A stretch of DNA of 64,000 bases from Desulfobacterales bacterium (GTDB taxonomy: Bacteria; Desulfobacterota; Desulfobacteria; Desulfobacterales; UBA2245): contig JAXGZF010000007.1 in the NCBI GenBank assembly GCA_040771865.1, positions 62,001-126,000 of the forward strand, read 5' to 3'. A model generated the notes under the pieces. The model had not been told where the DNA came from. It saw nothing but the letters and a program-made list of their open reading frames with translations, and did not search any database. The position numbers were made by a program, and so were the translations under genes. Positions 46,061 to 55,852 of this stretch are shown here, one piece after another. Within the stretch, counting starts at the first letter, position 1; every line of letters begins with the position of its first letter.

Positions 46061-46168
46061 AAGAATGCCAATTAGTTTTTATTAATAATTACAACATATT
46101 AGTTGGATTATAAATTTCATCTATTGAAATGCCTCGGAAAATATTTCCTGCGGCGGCTCGGAGGCTGG

Positions 46169-46200
46169 AAAAAAATACCCGCCGGGGTTTTACCGGCGGG
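46169..46200 (-). terminator. Rho-independent terminator ending the flgB...motE operon
   Basis: CCCGCCGG-TAAAACC-CCGGCGGG followed by TATTTTTTT on the minus strand. Confidence 0.7.
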
Positions 46201-46226
46201 TCGGAAAAAGACAAAAGGGGGAGTAT

Positions 46227-46811
46227 CTAGTTGGCATGGTTCTGATTACGGGTGATTTCGCGGGTAATCTCAACGGCCTTCTGAGGACTGATGTATCCCC
46301 AGATCGCTCCTGCCTTATCCCGCTTCATGTTCATGGAGATGCCCGCCGCCGTCGGTATGTCAAGTTTTTCGAGCATGGAACCGGCCTTGGCAGGCGGCGT
46401 GGATTCATACACCTTGGCCAGCTTCTTGAATTCTTCGTTCTCAATGGCTTTTCGACTTTCAATCAGAACTGATAAACGCTTTTCGGCCGCTCCCAGAGCG
46501 TTCAGTTTTTCCTCAATCTGGCCCTTCAGGGAAGCCAGACGTTCCTCTTCGGTCTTGAGAAATTCTTCCCTGGCATCAAGCGTCTTTTTCCGCTCTTCAA
46601 TAAGACTTTCGAAATTCTTTTCATCTGGCAGCGAAAGGGTATCTGTCTGAAAGACGGGCGGTGTCTTCGAGGATTCGGCTCTGGCCTGAGATACGGAAAA
46701 AATCGATTCCGCATCCATATGGATCCCCTGATTCATCAGGCCCGCCAGGAATATCTTGGCCGCAAACACCATCACCACCAGGAGTTGAAATCCCAAAATG
46801 GCCTTCTTCAT
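46227..46811 (-). CDS. MotE/MgtE-N-like flagellar protein
   Basis: N-terminal TM segment, coiled coil, KKLAKVYESTPPAKAG..M..DKAGAI; follows fliJ. Confidence 0.78.
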   Translation of the reverse strand: MKKAILGFQLLVVMVFAAKIFLAGLMNQGIHMDAESIFSVSQARAESSKTPPVFQTDTLSLPDEKNFESLIEERKKTLDAREEFLKTEEERLASLKGQIEEKLNALGAAEKRLSVLIESRKAIENEEFKKLAKVYESTPPAKAGSMLEKLDIPTAAGISMNMKRDKAGAIWGYISPQKAVEITREITRNQNHAN

Positions 46812-47248
46812 AAGTCCCTCCTCAGGTATCTGGATATCGCTGTTTCATCCATCTGCCTCTGTTCGGCTTTGTTGTGTTCCGCAATGTATTCCTGCAATTT
46901 ACGGGCCTTTAAAGCTTCCATGACTTTTCGATCCTTGACCGCGGCCAGCAGGGCTTCGCGCTTTAAAGATACTCTTTCGGTCGACTGTCGCACCACGTTC
47001 TCCTGATCGGTCTCTCTTGCCTGCACCTGCCGAATATAATCCATGAAGAGAGCGATTTCATCGGCCTTCAGGCCGTCTTTCCGCATGTCTCTGAGTTGCC
47101 CGATCAGGGAGACCTTGTGTTCCCGAATTCGGGCAAGCTGCTGCTGTTCCTTTTCGAGATTGCGCTTTTCGTCGGAGAACTCCGTCAAAGCCTTTTCTTC
47201 GGCGGCTTTCCGGCAGTTCATCACGGATTCCAGTCGAAAAACAAACAT
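46808..47248 (-). CDS. fliJ: Export protein
   Basis: FVFRLESV, RKVMEALK, EQRQMDE. Confidence 0.9.
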   Translation of the reverse strand: MFVFRLESVMNCRKAAEEKALTEFSDEKRNLEKEQQQLARIREHKVSLIGQLRDMRKDGLKADEIALFMDYIRQVQARETDQENVVRQSTERVSLKREALLAAVKDRKVMEALKARKLQEYIAEHNKAEQRQMDETAISRYLRRDL

Positions 47249-47251
47249 CGT

Positions 47252-48574
47252 TTATCCCGTCTGCGCAAAAAGCGCCTGCATATCCCGCTTCGTCTGCGGA
47301 AAATCAATCTGTTCATCGATTCCCTGCCTCAGAAAGCCATTGACCGGATTTATCATTCGAATCGCATCATCAATCTCCGGGTTGCTCCCTTCGATATACG
47401 CCCCGATGTTGATCAGATCTTCGGCCTTTTTATAAGTGGATACGATTTGTTGAATCCTGGCGGCCATCTGCCGGTGTTCCGGTCCCACCAGATCGACCAT
47501 CACCCGGCTGACGCTCTGCATGATATCGATGGCCGGATAATGACTCTTGCTGGCCAGATCTCTGGAAAGCGCAATATGACCATCGAGAATCGAGCGCGCT
47601 GCATCCGCCACCGGCTCGTTGAAATCATCGCCCTCCACCAGAATGGTATAAAGGCCGGTAATGCTTCCGCCTTTTTCAAGACTTCCGCTTCTTTCAAGCA
47701 ATTTGGGAAGCAGGCTGAAAACCGACGGCGTATAACCCTTGGTCGTAGGAGGTTCTCCCACGGAAAGCCCGATTTCCCGCTGTGCCATGGCAAAGCGGGT
47801 CAAGGAGTCCACCATGAGCAGCACATCGGCACCCTGATCCCGGAAATACTCGCCAATAGCGGTCGCCACATAGGCGGCGCGCATTCGAATCAGCGGATGC
47901 ATGTCCGACGCAGCCACTACCACCACCGATCGCTTTAAACCGTCCTTTCCGAGATTTTTTTCAAGAAATTCACGGACCTCCCGGCCTCTTTCCCCGATCA
48001 GGCCGATTACGTTAACATCGGCCCGTGTATGTTTGGCAATGGATCCGAGCAGTACGCTCTTGCCGACGCCGGAACCTGCGAAAATCCCCATCCTTTGTCC
48101 CTTTCCGCAGGTCAGGACCCCGTTGATCGCCCGAATGCCCAGATCCATGGGTTCCGAAATGCGACCGCGCTGAAGCGGGTTGATCGGATCGGCATAAATC
48201 GGATATTCTTCGGCGCACTCCATAATCCCCCGGCTGTCGATGGGAACGCCCAGCCCGTCGATCACCCGGCCCAGAAGCGCCGGTCCTACACGAATGCCCG
48301 CCTGCCGCCCCAGAGACATGATCCGGCAGCCGGGCCCCAAACCGTGCATGCCTTCCAGAGGCATCAGCAGCACCTTCCCGTTTTTAAAACCGACCACCTC
48401 GGCATTGAAAGCCGTCTGACCGCCGGCAGGATAGATGCTGCAGAGTTCACCGATCGATGCGGCCGGTCCGTGACCCTCAACCACGAGACCGACGATCTCG
48501 CTGACCTTTCCATTGACCCGGATGGGATCCAGACAGCTCAAGGTCCTGTGATATGTGTCGAAATCAATCCGCAT
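47252..48574 (-). CDS. fliI: Export ATPase
   Basis: FAGSGVGKS, GERGREV, DSLTRFAMAQREIGL, GEPPTTKGY. Confidence 0.97.
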   Translation of the reverse strand: MRIDFDTYHRTLSCLDPIRVNGKVSEIVGLVVEGHGPAASIGELCSIYPAGGQTAFNAEVVGFKNGKVLLMPLEGMHGLGPGCRIMSLGRQAGIRVGPALLGRVIDGLGVPIDSRGIMECAEEYPIYADPINPLQRGRISEPMDLGIRAINGVLTCGKGQRMGIFAGSGVGKSVLLGSIAKHTRADVNVIGLIGERGREVREFLEKNLGKDGLKRSVVVVAASDMHPLIRMRAAYVATAIGEYFRDQGADVLLMVDSLTRFAMAQREIGLSVGEPPTTKGYTPSVFSLLPKLLERSGSLEKGGSITGLYTILVEGDDFNEPVADAARSILDGHIALSRDLASKSHYPAIDIMQSVSRVMVDLVGPEHRQMAARIQQIVSTYKKAEDLINIGAYIEGSNPEIDDAIRMINPVNGFLRQGIDEQIDFPQTKRDMQALFAQTG

Positions 48575-48577
48575 ATT

Positions 48578-49228
48578 TCAGCAATTGTGCCGATCGGGTT
48601 GAGCTGCCTGAAGGGACGCAGCAAGTTCTTCAATCTGACGGTCCAGACGGGCATCCACCTCGCCGAACCGGGTTTCGATCACCGCACCGCCCTGTTGAAT
48701 GCCGCTGTCTTCTTCAAAAACCACATTTTTGACGCCATCAACGCTTTGCAGAAAATCTTCCTTGATCATCATGATCTGACGGAAATCCGCGGGATTCAGA
48801 CGAATCTTCATCCCGTCCCTGTCGGCCACATGCCTGATGGCCTGTCGGATCACGTCCATAACGATTCCGGAATCAACAGCCGCTTCCCGGTGAATGATCT
48901 TTTTGGCAATCGCCAAGACCAGATGAAGCATCTCGGTTTCAGCATGATCCAGGACCTGCTGTTTGAGAGCGGACAACTGCGAAATCAGACCGGACATGGT
49001 TTCTGTTGTTTTACGCAGGGCGGACTTCTGAAGTTCCTGGCCTTTTTGCACACCTGCCGAAAACCCCTGATCGTAAGACTGTTTTTTGATGGCTTCAATA
49101 TCGGGTTGAACCTGCGGCTTGCCGGATTGTTCACCCGATTGTGCCTGATCGGCGGATGCAGAGGACTTTGCTGGCGAAGAAACCATCTTCACGCTGTCGG
49201 ATTTGATGACCCGGCTATACGAACTCAT
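48578..49228 (-). CDS. fliH: Export ATPase regulator
   Basis: YDQGFSAG repeats, RLNPAD, GGAVIET..GEVDA. Start placed at 49228. Confidence 0.9.
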   Translation of the reverse strand: MSSYSRVIKSDSVKMVSSPAKSSASADQAQSGEQSGKPQVQPDIEAIKKQSYDQGFSAGVQKGQELQKSALRKTTETMSGLISQLSALKQQVLDHAETEMLHLVLAIAKKIIHREAAVDSGIVMDVIRQAIRHVADRDGMKIRLNPADFRQIMMIKEDFLQSVDGVKNVVFEEDSGIQQGGAVIETRFGEVDARLDRQIEELAASLQAAQPDRHNC

Positions 49229-50210
49229 CCTCGCCGCCTCCTCTGGACAGGACGATTCGCCCTTCGGCTTCCAGTTTCTTGGTAACATCGAGAATGATAC
49301 GCTGGCTGGCTTCCACTTCGGACAGGCGAACCGGGGGCATCAGCTCGATATCTTCCTTCAGAATCTCGGCCCCGCGCTTGGACATGTTTTTATAAATTTT
49401 CCCCCGCATTTCAGGATCCACCACTTTCAACGACCGGGCCAGATCTTCGCTGCCAACCTCCCGCAAGACCTCCTGCAGGCTCTTGTCGTCGAGATTCAGA
49501 ACATCCTCAAAGGTAAACATCAGATTGCGAAGTTGAGCGGCCAGCTCCGGATCACCTTCCTCAAGTGCGGCCATAATGGCGCTTTCGCTGGATCTGCCGA
49601 TCTTGTTGAGTATCTCCGCCATCGCCTCCACGCCGCCGAGCTGTTGTTCGCCGGTGATTCCGACCGTGATCTCGGTCTCCAGCGTCTTGGCAACCTCTTC
49701 GATCAGGTCCTGAGGAACGCTCTTCAGGGTCGACATCCTGCGCGCAATCTCGTACTGCATGGCCGGTGAAAAATTTTCCAGCATCTCGGCGGCCTGATCC
49801 GCCTTTAAATGGGCCAGAATCAAAGCGATGGTCTGCGGATGCTCGGTCCGGGTAAAATCCATCAACACCTTCGGATCCACATCGCGCAGCTTTTCCAGAA
49901 TCGGGTTTTCGAAACTCCTATGTGCGTGTACGTCGCTGAGAATCTCCCCGGCCTGCTTCTCACCCAGTGCCTTGAGCATGATGTTCTTCGAGGCGTTGAC
50001 GGACACGGCAATGGTTCCGCCATTGGCAGCGGCCAGAGCGCAAAACTCCTTGGCGACCGAATCCAGTGTTTCCGAGGGAATGCAGGAGATCCGGCTCATG
50101 CACTTGCCCAGACGCCGAATCTCGGAAGGCATCATGTTCTTCATGACCGCTGCGGCAGTTTCTTCTTCCAGCGATAAAATCAAAATGGCGGCTTTTTCTT
50201 CATTTGTCAT
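49215..50210 (-). CDS. fliG: Rotor protein
   Basis: KAAIL, EHPQTIALIL, GGVEAMAEIL, MFTFED, NMSKR. Start placed at 50210. Confidence 0.95.
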   Translation of the reverse strand: MTNEEKAAILILSLEEETAAAVMKNMMPSEIRRLGKCMSRISCIPSETLDSVAKEFCALAAANGGTIAVSVNASKNIMLKALGEKQAGEILSDVHAHRSFENPILEKLRDVDPKVLMDFTRTEHPQTIALILAHLKADQAAEMLENFSPAMQYEIARRMSTLKSVPQDLIEEVAKTLETEITVGITGEQQLGGVEAMAEILNKIGRSSESAIMAALEEGDPELAAQLRNLMFTFEDVLNLDDKSLQEVLREVGSEDLARSLKVVDPEMRGKIYKNMSKRGAEILKEDIELMPPVRLSEVEASQRIILDVTKKLEAEGRIVLSRGGGEDEFV

Positions 50211-50293
50211 ACGGCTGTTTTTTCCATATAGCGGCAAACGGGTTCAGCGGGTCGGTTTCAAATCAGAATCAATTAAAAAACATATGATATTTT

Positions 50294-51817
50294 TTATTTC
50301 AACCAGTTACGCAGAAGTTCGGCAAACTTTTTGGAATCCGCTGCGGCCAGTTGCCGGGTCAGTTCGATTTCATTCTTGGGTCCCTGGACATTGGCGCCGG
50401 CAGGGAATTCAGCAAGTTGCGGCAACGCAGGTTCTCCGGCCAGCTGGGGGGGGCGAATCTCGGAAACAGCTTCGGTTGAAAGGCCACGAATCAAAGGCCG
50501 GACCACGAACAGGAAAACAAGAGCAGCAATCGCCAGAATCACAACAAACTTAATCAGCGGCAGGAACTCAGCAAGCTTGTCCCTCCAGGTTTCGCCAACA
50601 AAACCATCCTCTCCGTCAACCTTCTGAAACGGCATGCTTGTCACAGTGATCTGATCCCCGCGATCCGCATTGAAGCCCGTGCTCTTTCGCACCAGATCTT
50701 CGATGGCATCGAGTTCCTGCTTGGATCGAGGCTGATAATCCTCTGTACCGTCGTCCTTTTTGCCGTACAGCCCGTCTACCAGAACAGCGATGCTCAGCGT
50801 CTGTATCTCGCCGACAGGCAGAACCGTCTTGTTGACGACCCGGTTAATTTCGTAATTGATGATCTCGTTTGCCTTTTCATGTCCGGCGGCATTTTCCTCT
50901 CCGGCCGATATGTCTGCAGGGGAACCTGACAATGTCTTTTCTGTCTGGCGCTGTATGCTCCGAATCACGGGCTCCTCGGGATCATATTTTTCTTCCGTCT
51001 GCTCGGTCATGCGAAAGTCCAGTTCCGCAGACACCCTGACCACTGCCTTGCCGGCACCCACGACATTTTCGAGCATGCTCTGAATCCGGGTAGCCATGTC
51101 TTTTTCGATGCCTCGCTGATACTGAACCTGAGAGCTGGTCATCTTGGTCAGCCGGGACTGTCCGCCGCTGTCGGATAAAACATTGCCGCGGTTGTCCAGA
51201 AGCATGACATTTTCCGGATCAAGTCCTTCAACTCCAGCAGCCACCAGATGCGTTATGCCTTCAACCTGAGAAGGATTCAGGCTCTTTCCGGGTTTGATTT
51301 TGACGGTAACCGATGCGGTGGGTTTTTTTTGTTCCTCTATAAAAAGGGATTCCCTGGGAATTACAATGTGAACCCGACTCTGCAGAATTTCATCCAGCCC
51401 GTTGATGGTCCGGGCCAATTCCCCCTGAAGCGCGCGGCGGTAATTGAGCTGCTGCTCAAATTCAGTAGCGCCCAGTGTTTTTGAGTCGAAAATCTCAAAT
51501 CCTACCCCGCCGCCCTGGGGAAGACCTTCAGCGGCCATTTCCAGACGCAGTTCGGAAATCTTGTCCGAAGGAACCGATACGGCATCGCCGGCGGCGGATA
51601 TTTTATAGGAAATTTTTCTTTCCTTGATTTTGGTCAGAATCTGCGCCGCGTCTTCATTGGAAAGGTTCGAGAACAGGACCCGGAAATCAGCCTGATGGGT
51701 AAAATGAATCAAAGCCACGATCGTCACCGCAGTCAGCACTGCGGTCACGGCAAGAGACAATTTCCTTGCCGGCGTCAGCGATTCAAAAGTCTTCCACAGC
51801 CTTGACAAAAAATTCAC
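50294..51817 (-). CDS. fliF: MS-ring protein
   Basis: GFEIFD, RALQGELARTI, PTASV, GFNADRGD, LRNWL. Confidence 0.95.
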   Translation of the reverse strand: MNFLSRLWKTFESLTPARKLSLAVTAVLTAVTIVALIHFTHQADFRVLFSNLSNEDAAQILTKIKERKISYKISAAGDAVSVPSDKISELRLEMAAEGLPQGGGVGFEIFDSKTLGATEFEQQLNYRRALQGELARTINGLDEILQSRVHIVIPRESLFIEEQKKPTASVTVKIKPGKSLNPSQVEGITHLVAAGVEGLDPENVMLLDNRGNVLSDSGGQSRLTKMTSSQVQYQRGIEKDMATRIQSMLENVVGAGKAVVRVSAELDFRMTEQTEEKYDPEEPVIRSIQRQTEKTLSGSPADISAGEENAAGHEKANEIINYEINRVVNKTVLPVGEIQTLSIAVLVDGLYGKKDDGTEDYQPRSKQELDAIEDLVRKSTGFNADRGDQITVTSMPFQKVDGEDGFVGETWRDKLAEFLPLIKFVVILAIAALVFLFVVRPLIRGLSTEAVSEIRPPQLAGEPALPQLAEFPAGANVQGPKNEIELTRQLAAADSKKFAELLRNWLK

Positions 51818-51850
51818 GTTAAAACCTCTGTCTTATATTGAAGGGTATGC

Positions 51851-52153
51851 TTATACCTGCATACGCATCACTTCGTTGTAAGCTTCCAGAATCTTGTTTC
51901 TTACCTGCATCATGGCCCTGAAGGATAGATCCGCCTTTTCCAGGGCGATCATGGCCTCATGAATGCTTCCGGCGTTTTCAATCTGGACCTTGGAGATTGC
52001 ATCGTCCGCGTCGGCCTGCATATCATTGACACCCTTGAGCATGTCCTTGAGAACGGCGCCGAAAGATTTTTCTCCGGTCTGCTGCTGCGCAGCCGGTTTT
52101 GGGGCGGTTGCTGAAGGCGGTATCAGATCCCCACGAATCAACATATCTGCCAT
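51851..52153 (-). CDS. fliE: Hook-basal body complex protein
   Basis: HEAMIALEKA..QVRNKILEAYNEVMRMQV. Confidence 0.95.
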   Translation of the reverse strand: MADMLIRGDLIPPSATAPKPAAQQQTGEKSFGAVLKDMLKGVNDMQADADDAISKVQIENAGSIHEAMIALEKADLSFRAMMQVRNKILEAYNEVMRMQV

Positions 52154-52235
52154 ACGCTCAATCCTCCGCTTGCCTGCATTATCTGAAATCTGCCATGTAC
52201 ATTTTCATGTTCCGTTGTACACTCATGGAACTTAT

Positions 52236-52661
52236 TTATTTGCCGATCTCCAGGGCCTTGAGCGCCATGCTCTTGGTGGCGTCAAAGGCGGTCACGCACG
52301 CCTCGTAAGCACGGCTGACGACGATCATGTCCGCCATTTCCTGAACCGTGTTGACATTGGGCATCTGGACATATCCCTCCGCATCGGCATCCGGATGCAC
52401 CGGATCATGGACCCTTTTAAAATCCCCGCTGTCTTCGACGATTTTCGAAACCTTCACGCCACGCACAGCATCATCCAGCGCACCACCGAAGTCGGCCTTG
52501 ACCTTATCGGCTGCCAGAACAGCGATTTTCCGCCGATACGGTCCGCCTTCAACGGTCTGGGTGGTATGAACATTGGCCAAATTACTGGCCACCACATCCA
52601 TTCGAATGCGCTGAACCGACAAACCCGAAGAACAGATGTCAAATGATTTTGAAAAATCCAT
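52236..52661 (-). CDS. flgC: Rod protein
   Basis: RMDVVASNLAN, GPYRRK, HPDADAEGYV.MPNVN, SRAYEA. Confidence 0.96.
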   Translation of the reverse strand: MDFSKSFDICSSGLSVQRIRMDVVASNLANVHTTQTVEGGPYRRKIAVLAADKVKADFGGALDDAVRGVKVSKIVEDSGDFKRVHDPVHPDADAEGYVQMPNVNTVQEMADMIVVSRAYEACVTAFDATKSMALKALEIGK

Positions 52662-52679
52662 ATGTTACCGCCCTTTATT

Positions 52680-53060
52680 TTATTTAGCGTCCTGAAGCAG
52701 GTTGGAAATTTTTCGGAATTTCCGGGCCAGCATTTCCACCGTCATGTTGTACATCAGATGATTCTCAGCCAGTCGGACCATCTCCGTGTCCACATCGGTT
52801 TTTTCCCTGGAATGCACGACTTCGAATTCTCCGAGTCCGGCATCCTGACGCGGCAAATGCCTGGGATCGGTTTTTGAAAGCTCCACCTGACGGTTTCCGA
52901 AACCGGCCTGGTCGAGCATTGAATCGAATTTCAGATCCACAGGCCGATAATCCGGAGAATCGATATTGGCAATGTTGCTTGAGATCAGTTGATGGCGCTG
53001 GTCACGGTATTCGAGCAGATTGGCCAGCATATCGAAGGTTTTCCCGAACAGCGCTTTCAT
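52680..53060 (-). CDS. flgB: Rod protein
   Basis: RHQLISSNIANIDSPDYRPVDL, TDPRHL, VDTEM. Start 53060 with GGAGG RBS. Confidence 0.92.
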   Translation of the reverse strand: MKALFGKTFDMLANLLEYRDQRHQLISSNIANIDSPDYRPVDLKFDSMLDQAGFGNRQVELSKTDPRHLPRQDAGLGEFEVVHSREKTDVDTEMVRLAENHLMYNMTVEMLARKFRKISNLLQDAK

Positions 53061-53094
53061 ATTGCTTTCACCCTCCTTCACCTGCCATTACTTA

Positions 53095-53110
53095 TGCAAA
53101 ATATGTTCCA
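53095..53110 (-). promoter_or_regulatory. sigma54 promoter for the flgB operon
   Basis: TGGAAC-ATATT-TTGCA. Confidence 0.78.
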
Positions 53111-53120
53111 GCAATAAGGA

Positions 53121-54497
53121 TCAGTCCCGCGTATCCGCCAGTTCCTGATCACCGTACTCGTTGAGCTTGTTTCTCATGGTCCGGACACTGATGCCCAGAA
53201 TTTTCGAAGCCTGAGTTTTATTGCCATGGACCCGGCTCAGGGTTTCATAAATCAGGTTTTTTTCCATATCTCGCAATGTGTTTCCGGTTTCCGCACACTG
53301 CTCAGCAATGTCCGGGTCGGCATTTTTTTCCGGCCGAGAATTCTCCAGAAACAGATGCCCGCAAAGAATCTCATTCTGGTCGCAGATCAGGACTGCCCGT
53401 TCCATGGCATTTTCCAGTTCCCGAACATTGCCCGGCCATGGGTATGCGTTCAACGCCGCCAGCGCATTGTCGGAAAGCCTCAAGGGCGGCTTCTCGTTGA
53501 TCCGGCTGTATTTTTTGATAAAATATTCGGAAAGCAGGACGATATCCTCGATTCTGTCTCTGAGCGGTGGAATTTTGACAGGAATGACATTGAGCCGGTA
53601 ATACAGATCTCCCCGGAAAGTTTTTTCATCAATGGCCTTGAGCAGATCCACATTGGTGGTGGCAATGATGCGGACATCCACCGGCACAGGATTTCTACCG
53701 CCGAGACGATCCACCTCGGATTCCTGAATGACCCGAAGCAGCTTGGCCTGAAGCTGAATATCCATCTCGCCCACCTCGTCAAGCAGCAGCGTACCTCCGT
53801 CGGCCAGCTCGAACTTGCCCGGCTTGCTTTTCATCGCCCCCGTAAAAGCGCCTTTTTCATAACCGAACATCTCGCTTTCCAGAAGATTGTGAGGAATGGC
53901 GGCGCAGTTCACCGCCACAAAGGGCATGTTTCTGCGGTTGCTGTGCCGGTAAAGGAAGCGGGCAAAAAATTCCTTGCCGGTTCCGCTTTCCCCCTGAATC
54001 AGCACGCTGGACTTGCTTTTGGCCACGGTTTTAAGAATATCCAGGATGGATAGAATCCGGCGGTTCCGGGTGATGATCTCAAAATCCGGTCCGACCCGTT
54101 CTTCCGAAGCTTCCGAATCGTCTCCGCGCTCATGCGGCCGGGCATTGAGAACATTTTTAACCACGCACTCCAGATCATCCAGGGAAAAGGGTTTCATGAT
54201 GAAATCCGCCGCCCCCTCTTTCATTGCCTCCACGGCGGTATTGACGGTTCCGTAGGCGGTAATCACGACGACCGGTGTCCCGAAGGATATCCGCTTCACG
54301 CCGCGCAATACATCCATGCCGCTCATCTTGGGCATGCGCATATCGGTGATGACCGCATCAAAGGTGTTTTCCCGGAACCGGTTCAGGCCTTCCGCACCGT
54401 TTTCCGCGGTTTCCACCGCATATCCGCAGCTTTCCAGAGACTCTGACAGGGCCGTTCTCATGGAAAGATCATCATCCACGATCAACAGTTTCTTCAT
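53121..54497 (-). CDS. sigma54-dependent response regulator (FleR/FlrC/FlgR-like)
   Basis: Receiver domain (VDD..DMRMP..KPF), GESGTGKE, GAFTGA, Fis-type HTH. Confidence 0.92.
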   Translation of the reverse strand: MKKLLIVDDDLSMRTALSESLESCGYAVETAENGAEGLNRFRENTFDAVITDMRMPKMSGMDVLRGVKRISFGTPVVVITAYGTVNTAVEAMKEGAADFIMKPFSLDDLECVVKNVLNARPHERGDDSEASEERVGPDFEIITRNRRILSILDILKTVAKSKSSVLIQGESGTGKEFFARFLYRHSNRRNMPFVAVNCAAIPHNLLESEMFGYEKGAFTGAMKSKPGKFELADGGTLLLDEVGEMDIQLQAKLLRVIQESEVDRLGGRNPVPVDVRIIATTNVDLLKAIDEKTFRGDLYYRLNVIPVKIPPLRDRIEDIVLLSEYFIKKYSRINEKPPLRLSDNALAALNAYPWPGNVRELENAMERAVLICDQNEILCGHLFLENSRPEKNADPDIAEQCAETGNTLRDMEKNLIYETLSRVHGNKTQASKILGISVRTMRNKLNEYGDQELADTRD

Positions 54498-55753
54498 CTT
54501 GCATCACCTCGGTCTTTCCCGAATGTCTGAGTTGCATTTTCCTTCAACGCGTCGAACAGCGGCAGAAAAACGCTGAAAACCGCCCCTCCATGCACGCTGT
54601 TTTCAACGTGGATGACGCCTTGATGCAAATCGATAATATTGTGAGCGATCGCCAGGCCCAGGCCGGACCCTTTCTCCTTGGTGCTGAAAAAGGGATCAAA
54701 GATTCGGGTGAGATTTTCCTTCGGAATCCCGCATCCGGTGTCGGAAAAACGTATCTCCACGGCCGGTGAACCGCTGTCGAAATATCCCTCCCGTCGATGG
54801 GTTTCAATCTGAAGATGTCCGCCGTCGGGCATGGCCTGAAAAGCGTTGAGAATCAGATTGAGAAACACCTGCTTCAGCATTTCTGCGTCCGCGTTCACAT
54901 GCGGACTGAGGATGTCGGCATAGGAAACGCTCAGTTCCATCAAATCGACATCCACGACCTGCCGTGAGAACGCCAGTATTTCTTCGAGTACGGCGTGAAT
55001 GTCGACCCTTCGCGGCATGGGATTCAAATTGCGGGTGAACATCAGCAGGTTGGAAATCCTGTTGTCTACATTTTTGACCGAAGTGATGATCCGGGCGGCG
55101 TGCTGTTTTTCCTTTTCATTTCCGGAAGTTTTCAGAATCAGGGAAGCAAAAAGTTCGATGCTGCCCAGAGGGTTTCGAATCTCATGGGCGATATTCGCGG
55201 CCATTTCCCCCATGGCCGCCATCTTCTCGGATCTCTTGGCCATGTTTTCAAGTTTTTCCATTCGGGTAATATCCCTGAACACATACACCGTTCCGATCAC
55301 CCTGCCGTTTCGGTCCTTGACCGGTGATCCTGACACTTCCAGAATATTTTCTCCGGACAGCAGCTTGCGCCCGACCGCGCTTTTGAAAAACTCAAGACGA
55401 AAAACCGGCTCCCATTGATCTTTCGGCGTATCGGCAAACAAAGCGCTCAAATGACAATTCGCAAGCGATTCATGCCGGATTCGGAAGAATTCTTCCGCAC
55501 ATGGGTTTACGGTCCTGATGCGACCGTCAAGATCCGTGACCACCACGCCGGAAGTCAGACTTTCCAGGATGTTCTCCAGATAGTTTTTCATATCTTCCTT
55601 GTCCGCAATGGTCTTCTCGAGTTCGTGGTTTTTGGCCTCCAGCTCCTGGTTGAGACATTCGAACTTATTCTCCAGGCTGCTGTAAGCCTCCTGAAGTCTG
55701 AGGGTCGCCTGGTTGAATTCTTCAAAAGACTTTTGCAGAAAATCAAGATCCAT
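54494..55753 (-). CDS. Soluble PAS histidine kinase (FleS/FlrB/FlgS-like)
   Basis: Coiled coil, PAS, AHEIRNPL, NLILNA, DTGCGI, GSGLGL. Confidence 0.9.
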   Translation of the reverse strand: MDLDFLQKSFEEFNQATLRLQEAYSSLENKFECLNQELEAKNHELEKTIADKEDMKNYLENILESLTSGVVVTDLDGRIRTVNPCAEEFFRIRHESLANCHLSALFADTPKDQWEPVFRLEFFKSAVGRKLLSGENILEVSGSPVKDRNGRVIGTVYVFRDITRMEKLENMAKRSEKMAAMGEMAANIAHEIRNPLGSIELFASLILKTSGNEKEKQHAARIITSVKNVDNRISNLLMFTRNLNPMPRRVDIHAVLEEILAFSRQVVDVDLMELSVSYADILSPHVNADAEMLKQVFLNLILNAFQAMPDGGHLQIETHRREGYFDSGSPAVEIRFSDTGCGIPKENLTRIFDPFFSTKEKGSGLGLAIAHNIIDLHQGVIHVENSVHGGAVFSVFLPLFDALKENATQTFGKDRGDAR

Positions 55754-55852
55754 GATCGCAACCGATCGCTTGTTTAAGGTTATTTGAATCCGCCCGCATT
55801 TCGTTCCCTGAAATGCCGGTCTTGCCGCATCAAAGGGACCGGACGTCTGCGT

